Shown piece by piece: positions 1 through 8,069 of a stretch of DNA of 64,000 nt. How positions within the stretch are numbered: the stretch's first letter is position 1; every line of letters begins with the position of its first letter. The DNA lies in NCBI GenBank assembly GCA_937872225.1, contig CALMRZ010000065.1:7007-71006 (forward strand), read 5' to 3'. The translations under genes were made by a program, and so were the position numbers. The notes beneath the pieces are model-generated. The model was not told the origin of the DNA. It made no database searches and saw only the letters and a program-made list of their open reading frames with translations. Source of the stretch: an uncultured Spirochaetota bacterium. Its GTDB lineage: Bacteria; Spirochaetota; UBA4802; UBA5550.

Positions 1-826
1 GCTGAAAAATGCTTCGTAGTATTCATCATATTTTACTATTCTTGCATCCTGTAGAGCGGCGGTCATATCTTCAATTTTAGGCAGTATCCATTGATCGAAT
101 TTTATCTTCACGTTATATATTTTTTCCGAGGGTGAACGGAGCCCGTATTTCCCGATAAACGCTCCACTTATTGATTTCTTCAAAATATAATCAGGTGTGA
201 TTATTTTTTCATTGAATGTTTCATTCATTATCTCGATGTCCTTGATTTTGCTTAAAATAAAGTAATTTGCTTCTCCGGAGTCGGTAGGTTTTCCGTACAA
301 ATAGAAATTGTCATTGGTGAGAATGATGAAATATGGATGCACAATGAATGATTCCTGCTCGTCACTGTAAGAGCGAGTATAGTTGAATTGAATTTTCTTT
401 TTTTCGATTCTTGCGAAGTGTATTGCGGTAAATATCCAGAGACATGATTCCGGAGTCCTTTTTACCAGGCTGGCTATGGCCCGTTTCCTGTGAAAGTCTT
501 CTGATGTAAAAATTGAATGGCTGAAGGAGATCTCCTCCAGTACTGTTCTGTGTATTTTATTTATTTCCCATTCACTCCTGCCCTGCCCTATTGAAACAAG
601 GCCTCTAGATTTCAAAAACGTCCTGGCGTTTTTGGCCACAGCAGCAGGGTTAGGTGAAAAATCTTTAGATTCAGCATAGTCGCCGAACAGTGATTTATCT
701 TTCCAAAGGGTGTTGGTAATATTCTGTGCATTCCACTTGCTATTAGCACTGTTATTTTGCAGAAGGCCGAGAATATGTAGGCATCTCTTGAAGATGTTTA
801 TTTTTATATTGTAAACATTAGTCATG
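1..826 (-). CDS. WYL-domain transcriptional regulator (HTH-WYL-WCX type), partial; ATG at 824-826, 3' end runs past the window start
   Basis: Own minus-strand translation; absent from the ORF track because there is no stop in the window. It reads MTNVYNIKINIFKRCLHILGLL...SFIVHPYFIILTNDNFYLYGKPTDSGEANYFILSKIKDIEIMNETF...EKIYNVKIKFDQWILPKIEDM. The central aromatic-YL-hydrophobic motif followed by an FxLSKI strand matches the WYL signature, and the C-terminal part looks like a WCX domain. The sequence is AT-rich. Confidence 0.5.
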
Positions 827-872
827 ATACACCCCCCGCTTCTATATTCTCAAAAATACACGAAACAATCAT

Positions 873-894
873 TCTACTTATAACTTTAAGTTAG
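873..894. promoter_or_regulatory. Nested palindrome ATAACTTTAAGTTAGAAGTTAT (inner AACTTtAAGTT) about 45 bp upstream of the WYL regulator start; candidate autoregulatory operator
   Basis: Inverted repeat read directly in the sequence, lying between the WYL start at 826 and the end of the DnaA-like gene at 942. Confidence 0.3.
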
Positions 895-941
895 AAGTTA
901 TGATGTATATTTCAACTGAATAATTTTGATCTTGGATGAAT

Positions 942-1529
942 TTATTGTATTTCTATAATTTGGCCCCGATTGATACGGGATTTAAGCTTTTTGTTGAAAC
1001 TTGTATATTTTTTTGGATGAAATAATCCTGAAACAACAATCATTTTGCCCTTATTATACAAGTCGTTAATGACATGACATACTTCAGTCTGAGTCTCTTC
1101 TTTATCCGTCAAATCGTCAAAATCATCAAGTAACAACATATCAAGATTAAAGTATTGATTAACAAAATCGTCCCCCGTCCTTTCCCTAATCGATTGGATG
1201 AAATCATGTACGAATTTGTAAGTTGGTATGTATATGATTCTATTCTTAGGAATTTCATTGATTAATGCATGATATGTGGAAATGAGCAAATGTGTTTTCC
1301 CTGAACCAGTCCTCCCATATAAATACATTATATTTGGTCCGGTCCATGAATTAGAAGCTAATTGGGAGCACATCTTGAACGCCTTTTTATTTCCTGGTCT
1401 TACATCAAATGTTTTAAAATTATAAATATTATTAAATTGTATTCTATTCGTTTTCATTGAATCAGCCCAATTGACTATTGAGGATAATATTGATACTAAT
1501 TTGAAATCAATAAAATGCATGTGACTCAA
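942..1529 (-). CDS. Stand-alone DnaA/Hda-like AAA+ ATPase (DnaA domain III only, no DNA-binding domain IV)
   Basis: Walker A is LYGRTGSGKTHLL and Walker B is LLLDDFDDL. The spacing and the C-terminal GKMIVVSG...LKSRINRGQIIEI resemble the sensor/box region of DnaA domain III and Hda. The protein is 195 aa and AT-rich. Confidence 0.6.
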   Translation of the reverse strand: MSHMHFIDFKLVSILSSIVNWADSMKTNRIQFNNIYNFKTFDVRPGNKKAFKMCSQLASNSWTGPNIMYLYGRTGSGKTHLLISTYHALINEIPKNRIIYIPTYKFVHDFIQSIRERTGDDFVNQYFNLDMLLLDDFDDLTDKEETQTEVCHVINDLYNKGKMIVVSGLFHPKKYTSFNKKLKSRINRGQIIEIQ

Positions 1530-1563
1530 AGTTAGATGTAATTAGAAAATAAATTAATATATT

Positions 1564-1669
1564 TGACATAACAATGTCAATAATGCATTCTAATATTTAA
1601 ATAATATTTTAAAGAGTTGGAGCCTTAATATTAAAAAGTAAAATTCATTGAGATAAAACAATAGTCTCA
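1564..1669. promoter_or_regulatory. Divergent promoter region with two palindromes: TTGACAtaacaaTGTCAA (1564-1580) and TGAGAtaaaacaatagTCTCA (1649-1669)
   Basis: Inverted repeats read directly. They lie between the minus-strand ATPase gene and the plus-strand 1672 gene, and the first includes a TTGACA -35-like hexamer. Confidence 0.25.
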
Positions 1670-1671
1670 AT

Positions 1672-2295
1672 TTGAGGTATTATATGTATTCTGATAAAAT
1701 AAAACTGCTTCCATGGGAAGGCTCAAATTATTTAGAACAAAATCCTAAAATACTAATTCTTGGCTTATCAATTTATGATAAGAAAAAAAGTAAACATGTT
1801 GTACAAGAATATATTGAGGGTTTAATAAATGATGACTGGAACTACCCATTCTTTACAAAAATTCAAAATATATTTTCTAATCCAAATCATTGGGATGAAA
1901 TTACACCAGAAAGATATGCCCTTAATAAAAAGCTCTTCTGGGATGATGTATGTTTTTATGAATATATTCAGGAACGAATGGACAATCCCAAACAGAAAGT
2001 ACCAGCAAAATATTGGGAAAACTCGAAAGGAGCATTCAAAGAAATATTGCAGAAACTTAAACCTGATATCGTAATTGCCTTAGGATACGAAATGTATATG
2101 AACTTACCTCAAGAAGGTTCAGAAGGGATTCTAATTAAGCATGGCAACAACATAATGGAGACATGGAAATATAATATTTCAGGTAACGATACTTATGTCT
2201 GCCAGGTTCAACATCCTTCTTCGGTTGGTTTTAAACAAGATATATGGATAAAGCTATTTGAAGTTTTTTTAAAAAAATTTAGTAAATTGAAATAA
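1672..2295 (+). CDS. Hypothetical protein, possibly a UDG-fold (uracil-DNA glycosylase superfamily-like) protein lacking the canonical GEAPG motif
   Basis: A beta-strand-like KILILGLSIYD lies near the N-terminus, DIVIALGYEMY sits mid-protein, and QVQHPSSVGF lies near the C-terminus. Spacing and order resemble UDG family motifs 1 and 2 (HPS). This is a weak call from pattern only. Confidence 0.35.
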   Translation: MRYYMYSDKIKLLPWEGSNYLEQNPKILILGLSIYDKKKSKHVVQEYIEGLINDDWNYPFFTKIQNIFSNPNHWDEITPERYALNKKLFWDDVCFYEYIQERMDNPKQKVPAKYWENSKGAFKEILQKLKPDIVIALGYEMYMNLPQEGSEGILIKHGNNIMETWKYNISGNDTYVCQVQHPSSVGFKQDIWIKLFEVFLKKFSKLK

Positions 2296-2369
2296 TACAA
2301 GAGTAACTAGCTCATAGAGCAATAAAACACACTTTAATTTTATATTTTATAATTTATCATGGAGGGCTT

Positions 2370-2621
2370 ATGGGAAATTATTATTGCGAATATTGCGGGG
2401 CAAAAGATACGAATATTCATCATTTAACATCTGGCCCATGCCAATATCATCCCAATGGCCCACTCAAAGGGAATCATAAACTTTATGAAGGAAGTGAAAA
2501 AACAAAATATTTTTGTAAATATTGTGGTGCCTCAGATCCCAGTCTCCATCATTTAACATCTGGTCCATGCCAAAAACACCCCAAAGGGGCTTTAAAGGGT
2601 TACCATTCTCCGGCATTATAA
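2370..2621 (+). CDS. Small protein with two tandem ~38-aa Cys/His repeats (C-x2-C-x9-HH-x5-C-x2-H), putative zinc-binding
   Basis: The two repeats are YCEYCGAKDTNIHHLTSGPCQYHPNGPLKGNH and FCKYCGASDPSLHHLTSGPCQKHPKGALKGYH. A GGAGG-like RBS (ggaggg) lies 6 nt upstream of the ATG. Confidence 0.5.
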   Translation: MGNYYCEYCGAKDTNIHHLTSGPCQYHPNGPLKGNHKLYEGSEKTKYFCKYCGASDPSLHHLTSGPCQKHPKGALKGYHSPAL

Positions 2622-2694
2622 AGTTTCAAAGGTACTGTCGTCGGATCCTGTCTTATGGACCCCAGTGAAGGGAGATGATAAGAAAAGACTTCAA

Positions 2695-3009
2695 TTATTG
2701 ATCGTATCCTGCCGTTAATAGCCACTCACCGCTTTGAAGATGAGTAAACATTTGTCCTTTTCTAGGACCCATCGTACAATCATATTTAATAAAACATCTG
2801 GAACAGATGCAGCCCCATGCATTCTTTTCACCATCCAGGCATGCGTCCAGCATAAGCCGTTTATTATTGAACGAAGCTCCGCACAGATCGCATGAATGGG
2901 AGTGTCCGGCGAAAATGATCTCTTCTTCTTGTAGAAGATTCTCATGCGCTATAAGTTGAAGCTCGAATTCATCCTGGGGCTCACAGAAAGGTGTATATGT
3001 TTTCATCAT
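2695..3009 (-). CDS. Cys-rich hypothetical protein (104 aa)
   Basis: The ORF carries multiple C-x2-C pairs (HSHSCDLCG, CICSRC); I could not assign a family. Confidence 0.4.
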   Translation of the reverse strand: MMKTYTPFCEPQDEFELQLIAHENLLQEEEIIFAGHSHSCDLCGASFNNKRLMLDACLDGEKNAWGCICSRCFIKYDCTMGPRKGQMFTHLQSGEWLLTAGYDQ

Positions 3010-3091
3010 ACCATCAATTCTCCTTAAACAACTAGCTTAATAGAAAGTATAGAATGTACCATGACAAATAGTGTCACATCGCATTAATTTT

Positions 3092-3544
3092 TCATCTGGA
3101 AGATCCCTTCACAAGAAAACGATCAAGCTGATTGGCGAAAGCCTGGCGGTCTTTCTGTCTGAAAGAGGAAGGCCCGCCCGTGTCCATTCCGCTGTTCCTG
3201 AGAAGGTCCATTAAATCGCGCGTGGCAAGGCGGTCCTTGATGTTTTCCGGTGTATAAAGATCGCCCCGGGGATTGAGCACGAAACCGCCTTTGGCGATCA
3301 CACGGTCCGCAAGGGGCAAATCAGCGGAAATGACAAGGTCATTAACCTCCACCATTTCAACAATGCGGTCATCCGCCACGTCAGGACCGGCCGAAACTTC
3401 AATACATGAAATATACGCCGAGCCCGGTACGATCAGGCACTGATTTGCAACAAGCACAAGGGGAACATGAACGCGCTCGGCCGCACGATACAGTATTTCT
3501 TTTACAACGACCGGGCATGAATCCGCATCCACAAGTATCCGCAT
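3092..3544 (-). CDS. YaiI/UPF0178 (DUF188) family protein
   Basis: The N-terminus [13 protein letters not shown] matches the characteristic MxIWVDADACP start of the YaiI family. GC-rich, unlike its neighbours. TAATG overlap with the upstream RNase H gene. Confidence 0.7.
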   Translation of the reverse strand: MRILVDADSCPVVVKEILYRAAERVHVPLVLVANQCLIVPGSAYISCIEVSAGPDVADDRIVEMVEVNDLVISADLPLADRVIAKGGFVLNPRGDLYTPENIKDRLATRDLMDLLRNSGMDTGGPSSFRQKDRQAFANQLDRFLVKGSSR

Positions 3545-4110
3545 TAAACGCCTCTTTTAATCTCTTCCATCCATGATCGGAGGGCCTTCCTGACTTCCCT
3601 GTCGACGATGGAAAATATCCGATGAACAGTGTCATGCGAGGCGACACGGGAATGCCCCTCGACCTTGATAACGTTCATGTTCAGTTCATCATATAATGAA
3701 TATAATTTCCGGTATAATGACGCGTTCTTTATCTCGGTTTTTGTTTTCTTGCTGATGTAATTCTTGTTCTCCAGTCCGGATCTTCTTCGCGATAAATCCG
3801 CGACGCATTGGGAATCCGTGTACACTGACAATTCCCAATGGCGGGAACCGGTTGCTTTTTGATAATCCTCGAGCGCCCATACAATCGTACGAATTTCCAT
3901 TTGAGTTGAACCGGCGCCCGTACATCTGCGCAGCACCAACCGCCCGATTATATCCGCTTTATCAATACTGTCGGGACCGGCTTCCAGGAGCGCGGCAGGC
4001 AGAAAAAGATATCCCCCAACGCCGCGCTTGAGTTGTGAATTCACGCTTGCATCCGTGAAAAGAACATCACCTCTCACCAGAGAGTTTTCTTTCTTAGCCA
4101 TTTCAATCAC
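3544..4110 (-). CDS. RNase H (type 1) domain protein
   Basis: DEDD-type motifs in order: TDAS (Asp), [10 protein letters not shown] (Glu), YTDSQ (Asp), KVEGHS...HD. 188 aa. Translationally coupled to yaiI. Confidence 0.65.
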   Translation of the reverse strand: MIEMAKKENSLVRGDVLFTDASVNSQLKRGVGGYLFLPAALLEAGPDSIDKADIIGRLVLRRCTGAGSTQMEIRTIVWALEDYQKATGSRHWELSVYTDSQCVADLSRRRSGLENKNYISKKTKTEIKNASLYRKLYSLYDELNMNVIKVEGHSRVASHDTVHRIFSIVDREVRKALRSWMEEIKRGV

Positions 4111-4516
4111 CCGTAAATGTAAACCATATCAAACAATTCTATTATATAATATTCAATGTCAATTACATCTTGATTTCAGAGCGATAATGAGAACCCGCGG
4201 GAAGCGGGATTCTTACTTCTGTCATTTACAAGTGGATTTCTGCCCCGCCTCCACTCTGATCAAGCATTGGCAGCATTTCACCTATTGCCGGAGAAGAGCA
4301 AAGTGTTGCGGATTTTTAAAACACGACCGTTGTGAAGTATAAATGACAATTCAAAATGATTTTTCGAAAAAGTGTAAAATTAAGCTAATTTATTAAAACC
4401 TCGAAATACTAATAAAATATAGCCATTGGGTTCTAGGCATCACCCTGACTCAATGGCAAGCGATAGAAGATGATTTTGAATATATCTTCTAAAATTTTAT
4501 TTTAAGGAGGTTTCTT

Positions 4517-4789
4517 ATGAAACCCTATAAATCAATTTTTAATACCAGCAGCAATACTCGACGATTTACCAGAGTATCAAGGCATCACAAACAACGCGAA
4601 AGTATGAATAGAAAACCAATCATACCGCCGAGATATATTCCACTAACGGAACGTCTCGGTGAGCAAGTAGAAGAAAAGCACGTTACTCCGGTTGTACAAA
4701 ATGTCTTTGTTTTCAATTTTAATGGCGGAGAAAACATTGAGGATGTACTAACCGGAATTCTGAAGTGTATTAAACAGGCAGCACTTTGA
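4517..4789 (+). CDS. Hypothetical protein (90 aa)
   Basis: A strong RBS AAGGAGG lies 7 nt upstream of the ATG, and the terminator hairpin follows. AT-rich. Confidence 0.5.
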   Translation: MKPYKSIFNTSSNTRRFTRVSRHHKQRESMNRKPIIPPRYIPLTERLGEQVEEKHVTPVVQNVFVFNFNGGENIEDVLTGILKCIKQAAL

Positions 4790-4796
4790 TGAAAAC

Positions 4797-4846
4797 TAGA
4801 ACTAAGATTTCAGGCAATTACAGTATTTCTGAAATCTTAGTTCTTT
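4797..4846 (+). terminator. Rho-independent terminator-like hairpin
   Basis: A 14-bp perfect stem AACTAAGATTTCAG/CTGAAATCTTAGTT with a 15-nt loop, followed by TTTATAATTTT. Confidence 0.5.
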
Positions 4847-4912
4847 ATAATTTTCCAAAGAGAATATCTCTAAGGATTACTAATAATTAAACAACTCTGG
4901 GAGGAAGATACC

Positions 4913-5710
4913 ATGTCCGGAATGAGTATTGATGATCGAACCTTAGTCAGATTCTTTTATAAATCAAAAAAGAATTTTATGGCTGAGATGCAGGGGAAAA
5001 TGAAACCTGAACTAATGGATCAAGCTATTAATATGTTTTTTTCACCTAAAAGAAAGAAGTTTACTGACCAGGAGAAAGAGGAGCGAAAAAGACGTATTTT
5101 GAACCAAGTTAGTCGGATAAATCGGGAATTTGGCATAAGTAAAAATTCCATAAAGATAAACCAAAAATCCCAAGACCAAGTTGACCTGCTTGTACGAGAA
5201 TCAGAGTTTTCAAAGAACAGGAAAGACAAACTCAGAATCTTTTTAATAGAATTAATTCGCTGGCGAAAATATTTTGAGAGTCTTACCTACGAACAGCTGA
5301 GGGCCATGGAGGGGATATACTGGGACGTTACAGTTCATGCCCTTAATGGTCTCACTCCCCTGCCATCAACCCTTTTAGGTCGCTGGGTATCCGGTGATGT
5401 GCCAGCAAGAAAGCCTGCTGATGCGTTTATGAACGATATCATAGCAAAAATAAAAAATGAAGATAAGAAGTTATTATTCATGGACGCCTATTACCTTGAT
5501 AAAACCGGAAAAAAGTATGTCCTTAAAAAGTCTGTTACAGAAGAACAAAAATCTGAGATGCGAAAAATCATGAACGAAATCAGTTATAGCAATAAAAGCG
5601 GTACAAAATATATCGATTTCCTAAAATACCTGATTGATAAAAAGGTAGTTGAGTTAAAAGTCCAATATTCAACGCTTGGGAAATGCAAATACTATAAAAT
5701 TAATATATAA
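4913..5710 (+). CDS. Hypothetical protein (265 aa), Lys/Glu-rich
   Basis: A GGGAGGAAG RBS precedes the ATG. No recognisable motif. AT-rich. Confidence 0.5.
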   Translation: MSGMSIDDRTLVRFFYKSKKNFMAEMQGKMKPELMDQAINMFFSPKRKKFTDQEKEERKRRILNQVSRINREFGISKNSIKINQKSQDQVDLLVRESEFSKNRKDKLRIFLIELIRWRKYFESLTYEQLRAMEGIYWDVTVHALNGLTPLPSTLLGRWVSGDVPARKPADAFMNDIIAKIKNEDKKLLFMDAYYLDKTGKKYVLKKSVTEEQKSEMRKIMNEISYSNKSGTKYIDFLKYLIDKKVVELKVQYSTLGKCKYYKINI

Positions 5711-5805
5711 TCTATACATAACTGCATAAATGTATTTATTTCTGGGGAAACATAATTGGAGAAAAAACAGCATTTTCAATACCCCAGAATTCTAAATGCC
5801 CACTT

Positions 5806-6002
5806 CCACCATCCAGATCATGAAATCCAGTAGGATATCATCAATCAATTGGTTCGAATACTGTCTTCCCGTGGGAGCATGGGCGCTTTTTCGAACTCCG
5901 GGAAGCGCCTTTTTATTTTCCGACCATTGTTGTTGCAATTATTGACAAAATGGTCGGTTCGGATAATGTCTTCCCGCAGCATTACGATAAGACTCGAACT
6001 CC
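5806..6002. repeat. Conserved intergenic repeat, copy 1 (~197 bp): 3' conserved block, terminator hairpin GGGCGCTTTTTCGAACTCCGGGAAGCGCC+T-run, then TTGACA-16-TAATGT promoter
   Basis: About 90% identical to 6705-6902. Contains an internal direct repeat GGTTCG(A/G)ATA(A/C)TGTCTTCCCG. The promoter elements are at 5942-5969. Confidence 0.7.
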
Positions 6003-6081
6003 ACAAACTACACTTAGAATAATTTATAGAAATCAAGATTTTTCTCTTGATTATTGTAACCCATTGGGTTACATTAATTTT

Positions 6082-6360
6082 GTGATAAAGAGTTTTAAAC
6101 ACAAAGGGCTGGAACAATTCTTTGATACTGGCAGCAAAAAAGGAATCCAGCCCGACCATGCATCGAAACTCGAACGTATTCTGGACAGGCTGGCAGCTGC
6201 CAAAAAACCGAAAGACATGAACCTGCCAGGTTATAAATTACATGTGTTATCCGGCAATAAGGCCGGTACCTGGGCAGTGAGCATCAGCGGTAATTGGAGA
6301 GTGACATTTAAATTTGAAGGTGAAGATGTGATAGTCGTTGATTATATTGACTATCATTGA
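6082..6360 (+). CDS. higB: HigB toxin (RelE/ParE superfamily mRNA interferase), GTG start
   Basis: (V)IKSFKHKGLEQFF...GNWRVTFKFEGEDVIVVDYIDYH aligns end-to-end with HigB (MIKSFKHKGL...ANWRITFQF...YEDYH). The ORF-track start at 5950 reads through the repeat and is rejected. Confidence 0.85.
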   Translation: MIKSFKHKGLEQFFDTGSKKGIQPDHASKLERILDRLAAAKKPKDMNLPGYKLHVLSGNKAGTWAVSISGNWRVTFKFEGEDVIVVDYIDYH

Positions 6361-6380
6361 AATCAACAAGGATTAACATC

Positions 6381-6680
6381 ATGAATATAACAAAAAGAAA
6401 ACCTGTGCATCCGGGGATCGTACTTCTTGAAGACGTGATAAAACCCCTCAATCTGACAATTACCAAGGCGTCTGAATGTATGGGTATATCCAGAAAAACA
6501 CTTTCAGAATTGGTGCATGGCCATTGTACGCTGACCCCCGAAATGGCCGTGCGGATTGGCGAAGCCACAGGTACCACCCCGGAAAGCTGGCTGGAAATGC
6601 AAAACAGGCTTTCTCTATGGGAAGCCAAACAGCATAAACCCCGAGTCAAACCATTGGCTGATATGTGTTGTGAAGCATGA
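6381..6680 (+). CDS. higA: HigA antitoxin (XRE-family HTH)
   Basis: PVHPGIVLLEDVIKPLNLTITKASECMGISRKTLSELVHGHCTLTPEMAVRIG...WLEMQNRLSLWEA matches HigA. An AGGA RBS lies 7 nt upstream of the ATG at 6381. The ORF-track start at 6357 is a TTG overlapping the higB stop. Confidence 0.85.
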   Translation: MNITKRKPVHPGIVLLEDVIKPLNLTITKASECMGISRKTLSELVHGHCTLTPEMAVRIGEATGTTPESWLEMQNRLSLWEAKQHKPRVKPLADMCCEA

Positions 6681-6704
6681 TAGATTTTAATCCTGTTTAC
6701 TGCC

Positions 6705-6902
6705 CCACCATCCAGATCATGAAATCCAGCAGGATATAATCAATCAGCTGGTTCGAATACTGTCTTCCCGTGGGAGCATGAGGCGCTTTTCGAAATCCGG
6801 GAAGCGCCTTTTTTATTTTCCGACCATTATTGTAGCGATTATTGACAAAATGGTTGGTTCGAATACTGTCTTCCCGCTGCATTACGATAAGACCCGAACT
6901 CC
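6705..6902. repeat. Conserved intergenic repeat, copy 2 (~198 bp): terminator hairpin GGCGCTTTTCGAAATCCGGGAAGCGCC+T-run, then TTGACA-16-TACTGT promoter
   Basis: Begins 25 bp after the higA stop. Promoter at 6842-6869, about 115 nt upstream of the mqsR ATG, the same spacing as copy 1 to the higB GTG. Confidence 0.7.
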
Positions 6903-6983
6903 CTTAAAGGCATTCATATCAATCATTTTTCTATTGACCATTCTGTATATTTTTAATATATTGACATTGTAAAGATATTATAA

Positions 6984-7286
6984 ATGGATAAATTTAAGGC
7001 ACATTATTCGCTGTTGCGGGTTAAGGCCCTGGTCAAAGAGGGCCGATATCGAATTACCGCTGCAGCTATTAAAAGCGGTTTTGAGGATTTTTCACTATTA
7101 TCAGAAGATCTTGCCGAATGTGAGCTCAGGCTTGAAGCATCGGACTTATACAAGTCAATGACGAGCCGTTTTGATGCAACCTTGTAGCAGGACGTTTATC
7201 ATACAAGGATTATTACCAAAATAGCCTATATTAAACTGCAAATTCTTGATGATGAAACGGTGATAATCTCATTCAAGGAGAAATGA
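6984..7286 (+). pseudogene. mqsR: mqsR toxin homologue interrupted by an in-frame TAG at 7185-7187 (conserved Trp codon TGG->TAG)
   Basis: MDKFKAHYSLLRVKALVKEGRYRITAAAIKSG...SDLYKSMTSRFDATL*QDVYHTRIITKIAYIKLQILDDETVIISFKEK matches MqsR, with the stop where MqsR has TIWQDVY. The reading frame continues intact to a TGA overlapping the mqsA ATG. Confidence 0.75.
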
Positions 7287-7287
7287 C

Positions 7288-7713
7288 ATGAAAGAAAAAA
7301 AATGGGTTGATTGCCCTTCCTGCGGGTCTAAAGGAACCATGAAATACAAAAAAGGCATGTCGGAAACATACCGCAACCCCGGATATGAACCGATAACCGT
7401 GACCAACCTTGACGGATATTTCTGCTCTGCCTGCGGTGAAGGGATATACAGCATTAAATCGAGTAAAATCATAACATCGAAGCTGACTGATGAAAAAGCG
7501 CGCCAGGACTCAAAACGGGTCGTCGCCTCTGACCTCATTGATGTTGATTCGGTTGCGAAGAAACTTTCGGTTACCAGGCAGCGAGTGCACCAGATGATGG
7601 ATGAAGGTAAAATATCATATGTGTATGTCGGGAAGCACAGATTCCCAGTCAGGGATAATGAAAGCTCGTATAAGAAGTTAAAGAAAAGAATACATACGAT
7701 AGCACATAATTGA
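7288..7713 (+). CDS. mqsA: MqsA-like antitoxin (N-terminal zinc-ribbon CPSCG...CSACG plus C-terminal XRE HTH)
   Basis: The zinc-ribbon plus HTH domain order matches MqsA, and the start overlaps the mqsR frame end (TGACATG). Confidence 0.75.
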   Translation: MKEKKWVDCPSCGSKGTMKYKKGMSETYRNPGYEPITVTNLDGYFCSACGEGIYSIKSSKIITSKLTDEKARQDSKRVVASDLIDVDSVAKKLSVTRQRVHQMMDEGKISYVYVGKHRFPVRDNESSYKKLKKRIHTIAHN

Positions 7714-7726
7714 TTATTTTATACTT

Positions 7727-7840
7727 CCACCGCCCAAATTATAAAATCCAGCAGGATATCATCCAAGAGCTGGTTCGATAACTGTACTCCCTTGGGAGCA
7801 GAATAGGACGTTTTAGAACTCACGGTAACGTGCTTTTTGT
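7727..7840. repeat. Conserved intergenic repeat, copy 3 (partial, more diverged): left block plus terminator-like hairpin GGACGTTTtagaactcacggtAACGTG + T-run
   Basis: Begins 14 bp after the mqsA stop. Shares AAATCCAGCAGGATAT..TGGTTCGA.A.CTGT..CCC.TGGGAGCA with copies 1 and 2 and lacks the promoter half. Confidence 0.55.
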
Positions 7841-8069
7841 TTATATGGGAACGCTTCGTGGTTCCGGTAAGGGCGGGATCATTATCCGTCAGCCCAGCTC
7901 CCGGTTGAATTTCTATCTGCTCATTCATGGCCATTATAGGCTCTTTCATCAAAAAGATGTAAGGCTTTTTCCATTGGATTCCCACAGTCTCTTTATTGAC
8001 AGCGATGCGCTCAGTCTTCTCATTTATTATCCGGGACTTTTTATCGTAATCAGCCGACGGCGGCGCACC

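Noticed and set aside
5806-7840. Repeats as a CRISPR array or as tRNA-derived att sites (they contain GGTTCGAAT, reminiscent of a T-loop)
   Set aside because: The units are ~200 bp and separated by whole genes, so this is not CRISPR. The T-loop-like motif lacks the invariant C61 and a pairing T-stem or acceptor arm, so no tRNA structure can be drawn.
5845-7985. Small minus-strand ORFs lying inside the three intergenic repeats (5845-6159, 6697-6882, 7719-7985), which share the peptide LIDYILLDFMIWMV / LLDDILLDFIIWAV
   Set aside because: The similarity is a by-product of translating the same repeated DNA. Copy 3 has non-synonymous-looking changes, there is no RBS, and the region carries terminator and promoter signals instead. 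Likewise the long 5950 start of the higB ORF reads through the repeat and is not used.
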